Of a DNA stretch of 59,246 bases, positions 1-11,229 are shown one piece after another. Positions within the stretch are counted from its first letter, which is position 1; each line of letters begins with the position of its first letter. Origin of the DNA: Bigelowiella natans CCMP2755 (lineage: Eukaryota > Protista > Cercozoa); assembly GCA_000320545.1 (NCBI GenBank), contig ADNK01002763.1, forward strand, positions 1-59,246. Direction: 5' to 3'. The position numbers and the translations under genes were made by a program. The notes under the pieces are model-generated. The model was not told the DNA's origin. It made no database searches and was given only the letters and a program-made list of their open reading frames with translations.

Positions 1-102
1 GGGGGGGGGGGGGGGTTGGTGGGGAGAGAAATACAAGCCCAACTCGCATTGGCATCGTTATCATCATCATCGTCGTCATCATCATCAGGCAACAACAAGA
101 AC

Positions 103-221
103 CTTGAGCTTCTCGTCTTTTACAGTGTCGTAAGAGGTAAGGAATTCGCCTTTCTTGTCCATCAGCTTCCATGTTTCTAGTCCCCTACCACCAAAAATGA
201 TGTTGCAATCGCACAATGATG

Positions 222-285
<64 letters not shown>

Positions 286-383
286 GTGTGTTTATTATAC
301 CACCCCTCGAAGAAATTAAAGTGTGTAGAAAGACTACAGAGAGTTCATCATCATTATCATCCTCCTCATCGTAGTCGTCATCG

Positions 384-414
<31 letters not shown>

Positions 415-2017
415 TCCGTCATTCACAAGCAGCTTACTTATCAATCTTGAGCCCTTCCAGCTGCGCCTTCTCCAAAACAAGGCCTCCCGCACATTGATGC
501 AGCAACTACGGAGGAGGAAGAGGAGAGGGAGGAGGAGGAGGAGGAGGAAGAAGAAGAAGAAGGGGGGGGACGGGAAGAGGGGCAAAAAGGATCCAAGAAG
601 AGCGTCATGCAGATATTCTTATTGTTGTCATTATCAACAACGACGACTTGGAAATCATGGAGAAGGCAGTTGCACACTGAGGCAGTTTAACGCTTTGCTT
701 GCAAGTAGTAGCAGCTGCAGCAGAAGTAGTAGTATTGATAGTAGTACAACTGCCGTTTGACCATTGCAACCATGGTAGTTGAAAGGCCTTCCTATAATAA
801 TAGTTCTACTGCAAAACACCCACCCTCGCCACAACTGCCTCGTTCTCCACAGGGTTGAAAGAACACGTCGAGTACACCATAATACCGCTGGTGATAACAG
901 AAACAAATAACAACAATAATAACCACCACCGTCATCATCATCATCATTAATATCATCATCATCGCCGTAGCGGATACATAATCAGTACACAACCGATATT
1001 TGGGAGAGCAGCAGCCCATGGAAGAATGACAAGCAGTGCCATTATTCGGTGCGACATAACGAGTAATCACGATAAAAACGAAACAGTGCGACAGCAACAA
1101 CCCACCCCGGTTTAAGCAGCTGAGCCCCTCGTAGCGCTATTCGGTATTGCAGGTAATGCAGCCCATATCCAGCCTGTAAGTCGTTGTTCGCATCAATCAT
1201 CAGGCAATGAAGGATGACGATGATGATGATGATGATGATGATGATGACGATGAGGCTGGTGATGATGCTACTCACCATTACAGTCCAATTCTTCCATAAC
1301 AAGGCGTTTTTCCGCAGGGTTCCTGTGCGATTAAATGCAATATTGAAAATTACGAAGAAACTCTGAGAAAAAGTACCGGAGACAACAATGAATCGTTGTA
1401 GTGGTTATGACTCGTAATGTCAAGATGGCTATAGAAGAGGAAGCAGAAGAAGAAGAAGAAGAAGAAGAGAGTCGTACGAATATGAGCAAAATCCGAATAA
1501 TAATAATAGGGAATATGTTGCTGTTTTTCCTTCTTCTCACTTACCGTCGCCAGTACAAGGAACATCGCAAAGAATCCGGTCAAACCTCACCTGAGTAACG
1601 ATGACATCATCCACACACACCAGCGGCAAACGTCAAGATTGCAATGAAGAAGATAAGGGGATTTTAGCGGAACATCTGAAACAGTACATCGCCCGCTGAT
1701 ACTTTGATACGATGAATATAATTGTTGATATCACCTGCGTATACTGTTCCCCATGGCGGTTGGTATAAATCCTCCCCAACGATGAAGAGGCGGGCTTGGA
1801 AGATGCGTCTGATTCCTCCTCCACAAAGAGGTTAGGGAAAAACTGCGCGGGGTGATTTGTCACGAGGAAGTTTGGAGATCTGAAAACAGAGCAAGTAGCA
1901 GTAGTAGTAGCAGCAGCCATTGATCATCGCTTCGCTCCCCACAACCAGTGAGACACCACTGGTGCTATTGACCCATGCAAATGAGACAGATATACACACA
2001 CACATACACACACACAC

Positions 2018-2071
<54 letters not shown>

Positions 2072-3957
2072 GAGGGGGGGAGGGGGGGAGAGGAGCTGCG
2101 GAGAGTGCAATAAGTGAAAGTACCTGAGACGTTTGATCTGTTTCGTAAGCATGTGCGCTCGTCGTCGGTCTGCATCATTGGCTATGACAATGCCCTCAGG
2201 TATATGCGACGCACCTACAGCGAAGAGAGCGGCAGCAAACAACGGCTTTAATGAATAATAGGCCACCGCAGCAGCAAGCACGCAACACGACGAACGCGAC
2301 CTTTCTCATGTAGGAATTCCAAGAGCTGGCATGTTTTCGACCCAGGGGCTGCACACATATCCAGTACCTGTCAACCAACGGTGGAAAAAGCGTGAATTCT
2401 CCACAGGTGGAAGAGAGAGACGATCTGTGATCTGGTTGTGTATGTCGCCGCTATTGCTCGAGCCGTCGAAGGCGGAAACGATGAGAACGCACGAGGGATA
2501 GAAAGAAGGGGACGCATAAGCTGTTTGTTCGCATCACTTTCGAAAAAATGAAAGGCCATTGTATTATCGTCGGAGTTGTTGGTTCATCATCGTCATCATC
2601 ATCATCATCATCATCATCGTCATCGTCATCGTCATCGTCAATTGTCATCATCACAACAACAACTCAACCCAGTGGTGGGGCTTTATGTCCATGAAGAGAG
2701 GGGGGATCATGCTCACGGCCTCCTGCCGAGTCACGGTTCCGATCTCTGTAACGCTGACCAGCCACTTGCGGAACTCATCCAATGGGGGGAATCTAATCGG
2801 GTGTGTTGGGAAGCGCGTGGAAAAGTGAGAGGCAAGAAGAACACGGAGAGCGGAATAGGACAAAATATCATATGCGGCCGCACTGAGCTCCGCCCATGCA
2901 TGTTTCATCCCTCTCTGTAGTCAAGCTCCTACTTACTTCTTTAAGTCCTTTTTCGACACGATGAAGTACCATCCGAGGTGCTCTCGATACCACGGCATTG
3001 GTACGGGTCTAACCACCTTGCCCTTCTTGTAGAAATCATCCTTCCCCTCCAGATTCTGAACGAAAAACACCACACAGCCGTGTTTGCATGCTGAAAATGG
3101 GGCCAATAACCTCGGTTTAAGGGTAAACACGCGACAGGCAATCGTAACCTCGAAATCCACTCCCCCGAAGAAAGATTCTGCCTCGAGCTTTCCTCGCACA
3201 TGCTTGTACATACTGGGTTATTGAAAACAACTTCTGAAATCTGGGAGCTGCTACGAGGAACAGGCGTATTTCATCACCCCCTCCCCCCCCCCCCTTCCTC
3301 ACTCCAATAATGCATGAGTTACCCGTCGTATTTGGATATTCGAAACGTCATGGGCAGGGGTCTTTTCCTGAATCATTCCCAATAGTATCACCATACATCG
3401 CATGTTAGAGTTAAACAAGAGGATTCTGGAAGTTATTCACGGATGATTACAGGGTGTCGAGAAATTCAGCGAATTCTTCGTCTGGTAAGAAGGATTGGCC
3501 TGATGGACGTGAGCACCATTGACGCATTTAGGTGGATTATAATATACAACAATCCATCGGGATGGATACCTTTGTAGTATTTCTCCATCATGGTGTTTTC
3601 CATTTTTATCTGATTGGTTTGCGTACGTGAGAGGCGTATTGCAATGCTAATCGAATTAGATGTTGCAATGCTGATCGTATTTGCCTTTCTTTGACCTCAT
3701 CCCATTTCTCCTTCCTATTTCTCCTTCGTTTGCCGCCCTTTTGCCATTTCCCTCCTGCAGCATACATTCGTAGGTTAGGCACGGGTGATACCCCTTTCGT
3801 TCCACGGGGTTGCTTGCCCAAGTGCAACAATTGGTGAAGGCGAAAATGATAGCTGATAAATTCGGTGTGGCTCATTTTGGAAGCACCCCTGACACTAATC
3901 CGCTGCTTGCTGAGGTGTTGTCTGCCTACCTTTAAGATGCCTTTTTCCTCCTCCCAT
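103..3957 (-). CDS. NSUN2: tRNA (cytosine-5)-methyltransferase, NSUN2/Trm4 (RsmB/NOP2) family; multi-exon, 3' end probably runs off the window
   Basis: Exons in the expected order give MGGGKRHLK..., RQEAVSMIPPLFMDIKPHHW, VLDMCAAPGSKTCQLLE, GIVIANDADRRRAHML, FDRILCDVPCTGD/GTLRKN, LHYLQYRIALRGAQLLKPG and VYSTCSFNPVENEAVV, including the PC and TC catalytic motifs. Exons are bounded by GT-AG. Confidence 0.93.
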
Positions 3958-5326
3958 TGTTTTCGATGTCCAGGTTTTTTGAGTGGGCTCCTTAGGGGGG
4001 GATTCTGCTTACCGGTGAAAATTTGGGACAAATTTAATCGAATAAATATCGTAAACTTAACTTACACTGTAATGGAATTTATTTTCCCATGCAATGACTC
4101 GTTGTGCGGTAATTGACTAGGTCCTAACTGTAACCGAGTTTACTGATCCGAATTTCATTTCAACAAGGGTGAAAAACAGGCTGAAAATATCTAATCTCAG
4201 CAGCACATGCAACCGAGATAGCTGTAAAATTATTCGATCGTAGGCATTCGCAAGACGAGTAACAATATACCGTAAAACATCTAAAATAAATATCTTGATT
4301 CTTTATACTCGTGGCGGGAACCTATTCCTTTCTCCAGGAACACCTACCTTCCATGCCTCATGATCTTCAAGGCCTTGGAAATTAAACGAGGTGCTTGTGA
4401 GCTCAACCAAATGAATAACAATCAAGATTCTAAGCGTTCGGTTTGTATTTTACATTCTTTGCAGAGCTCTAAGGGTGATCGCGATGAAAACACGTAGAAT
4501 CCCTGTGGCTCGCAAGGCTCTCGTATCTGACTGCCATGGCTCTCAAAAGCTCGTTTGGGTGCAAGGAATTGTCGTGGAAAGAGTAAGCAGAACATAGTTT
4601 ATGGTAGACGACTCGAAAATTATGTTTCTAAACTTAGGGCTCGGACCATTTAATAATTGACGATGGGAGTGGGACAATGCGAATTGTATCCACCAAACTT
4701 TCGAAAGTAATGCCGTCATCATTACACAAATAGAACGACTAGCATTGAATTTTCAACAACATTATGTAGGAAGACCTAAGAAGCATCAAGGTCGGAGACT
4801 ACGTAGATGTCACTGGGACATGGAAGCGAAAGCATTCATGCCTACAGGCGCATCAAGTTACAGTATCTTCGGATCCAAATGCGGAGTTATTTTGGCACAT
4901 CGAGATGCTCGATTACAATTTCTTCTACAAGAAAAAAATACATCCCCTTAGCACCTCAAAAACAGGACAGTAGTCAGACGAAGGTTCCATCTTGTTTGCA
5001 GCTCAAATGAAATTCAGTTCATGGCACTCTCACAAGGCATCGTCCATGGTGTGCACGACACACACCAGATTCACAGTGCACAGCATCCTGTGTTCCCCAT
5101 CCAAGCAAGCGAAACGTTCATATGCAACCAAATGCCATTTCAAGTTGTGAACTCAAGAAATCGACTGAGCATCAATCATCACAGCATGGCCCACGCTAGC
5201 ACGCTGAGCACACTCTGCTAGTCTAGCACTGCATGGCACGTGCGTGCGCAGCAATGAATCCCACAACTTGCATTGTGTTGGCATGCCAGCATGGCACGTG
5301 TACCCACACACAACCATTCCTAGATC

Positions 5327-6172
5327 CACATCCAGACCAAACCGGTCACAACTTGACGAAAATTGAAAAAAAAAAAATTGACGCATTTTTTTCGCGCAAA
5401 CTCGATTCACATGTCAAGCAGGGGTCCTTTCTAGCTTTGGAAACTTTTGGCACAGTTGCATTTTTTTCATTCGCATTTTTTTGCTCCCCCCGAGGTGCGA
5501 CTTCTGCTCGATCCCCTTGCCCCGCCTAGCCGCGCTGCCCCGCACCACGCGCCGCCCCGCACCCCGCGCCGCCCCGCACCCCGCGCCGCCCCGCACCACG
5601 CGCCGCTTGTGCGCGCCACGCCTCGGCGTTTTGAATCAAATTTCTGCGCACGCGTTTGCAAACGACCAATCTCTTTGACCGAAAACCAGCTGCGCAGTGT
5701 CTCCAATGCGTCAAAACCCCTTTGCACTCATGACGTGTCATGTGTGTCCTGTGGCTGCAGCTGTCTAGCTGTGGCAGTGATGCCCCGATTTCAAAACTTC
5801 ACCGCATCACATCTCGATCAATTTTCACACTTGAGCATCGCGCTTCCGGCTGTCCATCTAGCCATGGGGCTTCATTGTTTCATCCATTGCAAACGGACAT
5901 GTCCTCACTCCAACACTTGCTCGCATTGCACACGCGCGTCGGCTGCATCTGCGACCAAAAATGTGAGAATTTTCTCCGACAGCAATGCCCGTTGTGAGGG
6001 TTCAAAAAATCGAGGTTTTTGAGGCAGATTTTGAAATTTTTCATTTTTTCGACATTCCGCCGACTCAAAAAGTGTTTTTTGACGGTTGCGGACGGATTTC
6101 ACGCAAAAAATGCCCTTGAAGCGCTCTGCAAACATGCGAAACCCACTTGTGACCGGGTTTGGCCTCGATGTG
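5327..6172. mobile_element. non-autonomous DNA transposon (MITE-like), about 850 bp, with imperfect terminal inverted repeats
   Basis: Left end cacatccagaccaaaccggtcacaa (5327-5351) matches the reverse complement of the right end ttgtgaccgggtttggcctcgatgtg (6147-6172) with about 2 mismatches and 1 gap. There is weaker subterminal IR similarity (gcattttt..gcg..aaa), an internal GC-rich minisatellite and no credible ORF. Confidence 0.6.
5537..5606. repeat. 17-bp GC-rich tandem repeat x4 (gccccgcacc[a/c]cgcgcc)
   Basis: Read directly; lies inside the putative MITE. Confidence 0.9.
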
Positions 6173-6201
6173 TCGCACGTGCACACGTTTCACACAACGC
6201 A

Positions 6202-6717
6202 TCACTTTGGCGAACACTCAAGTGAGCACAGTTGGTGCTCGAAACGACCAATCCAGCAATCGTGCGTTGGAGTGCCAGAGTGTGCAACGTTGTGCCCCCA
6301 CAACATGGCGATGAACATCGAGATTGCACGCTTGGCACGCGTCTGAACGTGATTCCCGCCCTTTTCTTCGCTCATCAATCTCTTTGTTTGGCCTTGTTTC
6401 TGTTCTTGCTTCACGTCGCGCACTGCTTTCGCCACGACCCAAAGGCACTTCTTTGCCTCAGCCGGCGAGCGAAATCGTGAGACCACTCTGGCACTGTGAT
6501 GCTTGAGGTTGCAAAGTCCGTCGTTGTCACGACGTGCAATCTTGAGGCTGGTGCGGTGTTTCGTGTTGAGACACCCACGTGCACTTGTGCATCCAGTGCA
6601 CACGTGTGTGAGTTTGCCAGAGTGCTGCTTGGCTAGTTCCAGGCGACGTCGACAACGAGCGACAATGATGTGACTGCCAAAGTGTGTGTTGCAGGGCAGG
6701 CGCAGTGGCGCACGCAC
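6202..6717 (-). pseudogene. possible degenerate GIY-YIG-like endonuclease ORF
   Basis: Reverting Cys/His to Tyr gives GSYII...YVYTGYT...SPAEAK...EEKGGN, loosely like the GIY-YIG layout. The match is weak and unverified. Confidence 0.25.
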
Positions 6718-6879
6718 AGGCTAGCAGGGCCAGCAATAGGTGACTCTCAGTGGAGAGTTTGAATTCTGTTTCACTGAACGATCAAGTTTCATTGGAAATT
6801 GCGGGCACAAATGTTGTGTCATTCCATTGGGTTTCCAGAAGGTTTCTGGAAGTCTCCAGAAAGCTCTCGGCCATTCTCG

Positions 6880-8079
6880 GGGCTCGAGAACACTGAACCA
6901 TCGGGAAGACCAAGGTGGGCACCATGCCAACTGCATTGACCATGCGACACAGGTTGGGTTCCGAAACAACAAACGTGCAGGCAAAGGTTTGAAAAAAAAG
7001 AAGAAACAGGTGAACGCCAGTCGTCACAGGGCGTGCATCTCGTGCCACGTTGGTGAAGTGAAATGTGTCCACACTGCCAGACTGATGGGAAGAAAAGCTG
7101 CAAAAGATGTCTTCTGTTGAACATTCCGTGTCCACCCAATCCTCATCCCAAGAAAAAAAAAAGGAAATGGCTTTCCGATGAATCAAACATGCACGGTGGC
7201 ACATCATCCTGCTGCCGCACAGAAGGATGCAAGAGGCCCCACAGGCATTCAGGCCATTGCCGGCTTGGCGAGTCTCGCAGTGTGTTGAGAGCCAGACGCC
7301 GGAAATTGAAAAAGGCGTTGTCTGAAACGACCACCAAAAACGAAGACGACGTGTCCAAAGTGTTTGCAAAGTGCAAGATCTTTCACAGCTCCGCCAAACC
7401 CGGCAACGACGGGGTTGTGAACAGTGCAGCGCTTTGCGACGCGCTTTGAAGCAGCAGGCAGTTGCAGTTGCACAAAGAAAAGTCATCAGAACTTGTCCGA
7501 TGGACCTCAAAAAATGACCGAAGTGTTGACCCAAATGTCCATTTTCAAGGCCTCAGTGAGCGCGCAAAGTGTGAAAATTCACACCCGTTGTGTGGAGGAT
7601 GCACGCTGCGCGTTTGTTCTCTGCCACGCTGCGCGTTTGTTCTCTGCCACATTTCGAATGCTTTTGCGCGTGTGTTTGACCGCAATGTGACATGCACGAA
7701 AAATTTCAAAGAAACACGAGCAAATCCAATCCAGCAATGTCCATCACATTGCACAACGCGCTTGGTCGCGCGCAAAAGCTTCCGACAAATGCATGTTCTG
7801 GCGATTCGTTGCAGGTTTGATGGAGCTGTGTTGAAAAATGCATCGAAGTTGAAAACCGATGTCTCCAGAATCTCCACTGCTGAACACGTTTGCACTGCAA
7901 TGAGGACTGCACATCCACACATGTGCATGCTTTTCAGGCCTTGCGCAATGCGCATTTCACCGCACACGACACGCCGCCTTTGCGTGAGCACTGTCTTCAT
8001 TTTGGCTGCAAATTGCACATGCATGCATTGCATGCATTGGACAAGTCATGTTTGCATTGTGCCACACATGGGAATCTGA
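6880..8079 (+). pseudogene. Zn(II)2Cys6 binuclear-cluster transcription-factor pseudogene, with a second Cys/His motif and a possible PAS-like segment
   Basis: RAC-IS-C-HVGEVK-C (from 7034), then a frameshift, then C-KR-C-LLLNIP-C (to 7131): the C-x2-C-x6-C...C-x2-C-x6-C pattern. Basic NLS-like runs flank it, followed by CRTEGCKRPHRHSGHC. Further lesions are a TGA at 7447 and a 23-bp tandem duplication near 7602-7650. Confidence 0.65.
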
Positions 8080-8304
8080 CATTCCATGTCTTCCATCTGA
8101 GCGCTGTTCTCTTTCCAATTGTCCAAGCATTTTTGGCTCGTGCAAACGATTCACACAAATGGAGAGCATGGTTTGACACCAGATGAAACCCATTTCCCAT
8201 GCAGTTTTGAGCTCTGCCCTTCCATGATTTTTTCACTGTGAAAGGATTGATTGTGCCATTTGCATTTTGAATGCGATGATCCTTCAACAATGACAATGCA
8301 GGCA

Positions 8305-8653
8305 TCATTTCGAAGGGTTGTTGGAGCGACCGCCGCCGCTTGGGTTGCCAGTTGAACTTGGCCACCCACCAGCATTTCCCTGCCCGTGTCCGCCACCACC
8401 ACCACCACCACCACCACCACCCTTGCCCCCTCCTCCTCCCCCTCCTCCACCGCCACCTTTGCCCCCTCCTCCACCGCCACCTTTGCCCCCTCCTCCTCCA
8501 CCACCTTTACCCCCCCCGCCTTTCATGTGTGTCATGGATGGCAATTGACACTCTCCTTTTACGCAGATCTTCGCTCTAGGTACCAAAATCTTTGCCCGAG
8601 AGCCGATGCGATTCCTCACCGGTGCACCAGCCATTGACACAGTAGTGTGTGGA

Positions 8654-8690
<37 letters not shown>

Positions 8691-8861
8691 TGCATGTGGT
8701 GTGTGTGTGGTTGTGTGGTGGTGTGTGCATGTGTTTTTGTGTGGAATCTTGTTTCAATCCAGACAACACATTAGCAGCAGCATCTGTTGTTGGAGATGGT
8801 TGACTGTGTTGTAGCAATGTTTCAAATCTAGCTCTGAGTTGTTCTTCTGATAATTTTGATA

Positions 8862-8897
<36 letters not shown>

Positions 8898-9099
8898 CTA
8901 AATGATCTTTGCCAATTGCAGAGTGATCAAACAGGACACCAAGAAGGCAAACGGCCGCGAGCAAACCAAAAACAATGCGGGACAGGCTGATATGGCGCCT
9001 TTGCATGGGCCGGAGGGGGTGGTGCAAGTCATCGATGGCCACGCCCTTGGTGTGCGAGAGGCGGAACTTAGATTCGAGTTGCTCGTGAAGGAAACCCAT
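8305..9099 (-). CDS. small Gly-rich protein with an N-terminal hydrophobic targeting segment and C-terminal GGWPSSTGNPSGGGRSNNPSK motif; possibly damaged
   Basis: ATG at 9099, hydrophobic IVFGLLAAVCLLGVLF, GT donor at 8897 followed by (AC)n intron sequence, K(G)n repeats, and stop at 8305-8307. Confidence 0.6.
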
Positions 9100-9213
9100 C
9101 GTGAGGATGTGAAAATATCTGGTAGATGGTGAACTCTCTCTCTCTCTTTTGTTTCTTTCTCAAAATTTTCCCTTGAAAATTCTTCCTTGTTCTCCTTATT
9201 TTTTTTCTCTCTT

Positions 9214-9255
<42 letters not shown>

Positions 9256-9526
9256 ATTTCTTTCTCTCTATCTCTCTCAAAAGCGAAAAATTTGGAAAAA
9301 TGAATGTGCTCCATGGGTGCGGAATTTCTGCGCTTATGCGCAGTGGGCTACAGGTAGCAGCATGGATTGGCTAAACTTGATGATGATCATGCACAATGAC
9401 ATTACACACTGTATTTGCACAGACAAGCCCTTTGTCGTAAAATATTGTCGCAAATGCCATGTGATGACGCACTGCAAAAAAGGCCTGTGTTTCATGCAAT
9501 TCTTCAGCGTTTTCTTCGTTTCCAAA

Positions 9527-11176
9527 ATGGCGGTGGATGTCCAACAGGTCCGCAGTTCGTGCTCATGCAATTTGGATCAATGCTTTCTTCATTGTTCATT
9601 GTTCCGCATTTATCCGAACAAACTCAAAAAATGAGAAAGCCTTTAGCACATCCTAAATGCTTCATTATGTTTTGCACCTTCAAGGAGTGGTTTTATACCG
9701 ATTTGGTAAAGTTTGTTGTTTCCCTTCTTCAATGTGTGCTCTGTGTCAATCTGTTGGTGCGGAGAAATTGGAAAAATCGTCTTTCGAGGATCAATGTCAT
9801 TGCCATAGCACTTGCATTGGCTAATGCGCTACTATTTTTGGGACACCACGAGGTACGTGGGCGTAATGTCAATAGATCTAATGAATGATAAATGACAAAG
9901 CCTTTGAGTCGAAAGTCGTTTGCATTTGCATAACACATTTCTTTCTATTCAGCCGATATATTTTGGGGCATTCCCGGCTCTTGTTTTACAGAACATCGTC
10001 TTTGTAAGGCATCCATTTAAAAGAAAAAGTGCATTATTACATCATGGCTCAATTAGCCAATCCCCTTTTTAATGTACATTTCCTCTTGTTTCTCAGGTCA
10101 TCCTCTGGGCTGGAGCATTGGTCGATTGAACCACTTTCAGTTAAAATATGAACGGGTACTCATTATTATGCCTTTTATTATTTGACTGATAGGAGTTCGG
10201 TATCATAGTTTCACGCGCTGAATACTCTGCTTCAAAAATGCAGCGAAAGTTGCCATTAAGCTTTGAAAATGCTATTATTTTATGTGAGTGTAGCTTCTCA
10301 TCTAATTTTTAGTAGTTCTCACAGTGTAATTGTACAAATGCCGCTATTGGATTTAGTGTTTATCTTTGAAGCACTTATGTTCATTGTTTCTACAATAGGT
10401 AAATTTCAGATGTTTTATTGTTATTTGCGTTGTAAGCATGACAAAAGTCTTTGTATTCAGTAACAATTGTGAAAAATGAAAGGAGATGGAACTCTATAAA
10501 GTATGCGGCAACTTTTGTCGGAGCAGTTCCAGCGGGATATATTGTTGTAGGTTCCCTTGTGAAACTGAGAATTCTATTGGTAAACGCGCAAGCGTCGATG
10601 AAAAAGTTGCAGGAGAAGACAGAAGAGATATTGGATCGAAAGACCAAATCACGGGCGAATGCAACCTCTAAACTAGGATTATGTCGTGAACCGACAGAAA
10701 TTGAAGATTCAAAACCTGAAAGGGAGATGCGGGTTCAATTGAATCAAGTTTCCGATAGCAATGTCAAAACCAAGCATAATGGGGAATCTAGCTCGTGTGG
10801 AGATCACTACAACCCTATTTTACCGACAAAATCTTCTCGCACTAATGTAACTTCAAAAGAACATAGTTTCACCGGTTCTAATCAAGCCACTCGGTCATTG
10901 GAGCGTAATAATATAAAGACTGAAAGCAACAGAGATAGAATTGTTCGGCGGACGACAGTAAAACTTGATCGTCTAATATCTGTTGGACTGCTTGTTGTGT
11001 TAGCTGCGATCGCTTTTTCTGTTTTTGCTTTCATTGCAACAGCTACTTCAAATGAAGCTTATTCAAACTTTGCCGATGAACAATCCCGAGACTACAGCAT
11101 ATTATCAGATATTGGTTCATACGTAATAAGCATAGGTATCCTTTCCTACGGCATCTGGTACATTGCTACCGCCTAG
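9527..11176 (+). CDS. multipass (7TM-like) membrane protein of unknown function, multi-exon
   Basis: Several hydrophobic exons (INVIAIALALANALLFLG; LLDLVFIFEALMFIV) and a 241-aa terminal exon with TM, long loop and two further TMs. The start is uncertain. Confidence 0.55.
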
Positions 11177-11229
11177 ATAGACCTCAGAGAAATTCAGTGT
11201 TTATCAGTGAACATTGTAATGCAAAATAA

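Larger units (their letters stand above)
4975..8507. other. TpA-depleted (hypermutated) tract 1
   Basis: Hand count: 13 TA dinucleotides in about 3.5 kb, 10 of them in CTAG, and none in 6739-8507. TG/CA/TGCA/CATG are abundant and CpG is retained. Confidence 0.93.

Noticed and set aside
256-2920. Many short ORFs with poly-His/Met/Ile/Asp or CV/HT/RE repeats (seen throughout the window)
   Set aside because: They are translations of intronic microsatellites.
103-3957. The NSUN2-like methyltransferase as the enzyme behind the neighbouring mutated tract
   Set aside because: It has the standard motifs of a housekeeping RNA m5C enzyme. Cytosine methylation would not remove TpA, and adjacency in a eukaryotic genome is not evidence of function.
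4300-4970. Possible small + strand gene upstream of NSUN2
   Set aside because: No consistent exon chain or recognisable motif could be assembled.
4975-8507. Explaining the TG/CA excess by CpG methylation decay or classical RIP
   Set aside because: CpG is abundant in the tracts and TpA is the missing word. RIP would increase TpA.
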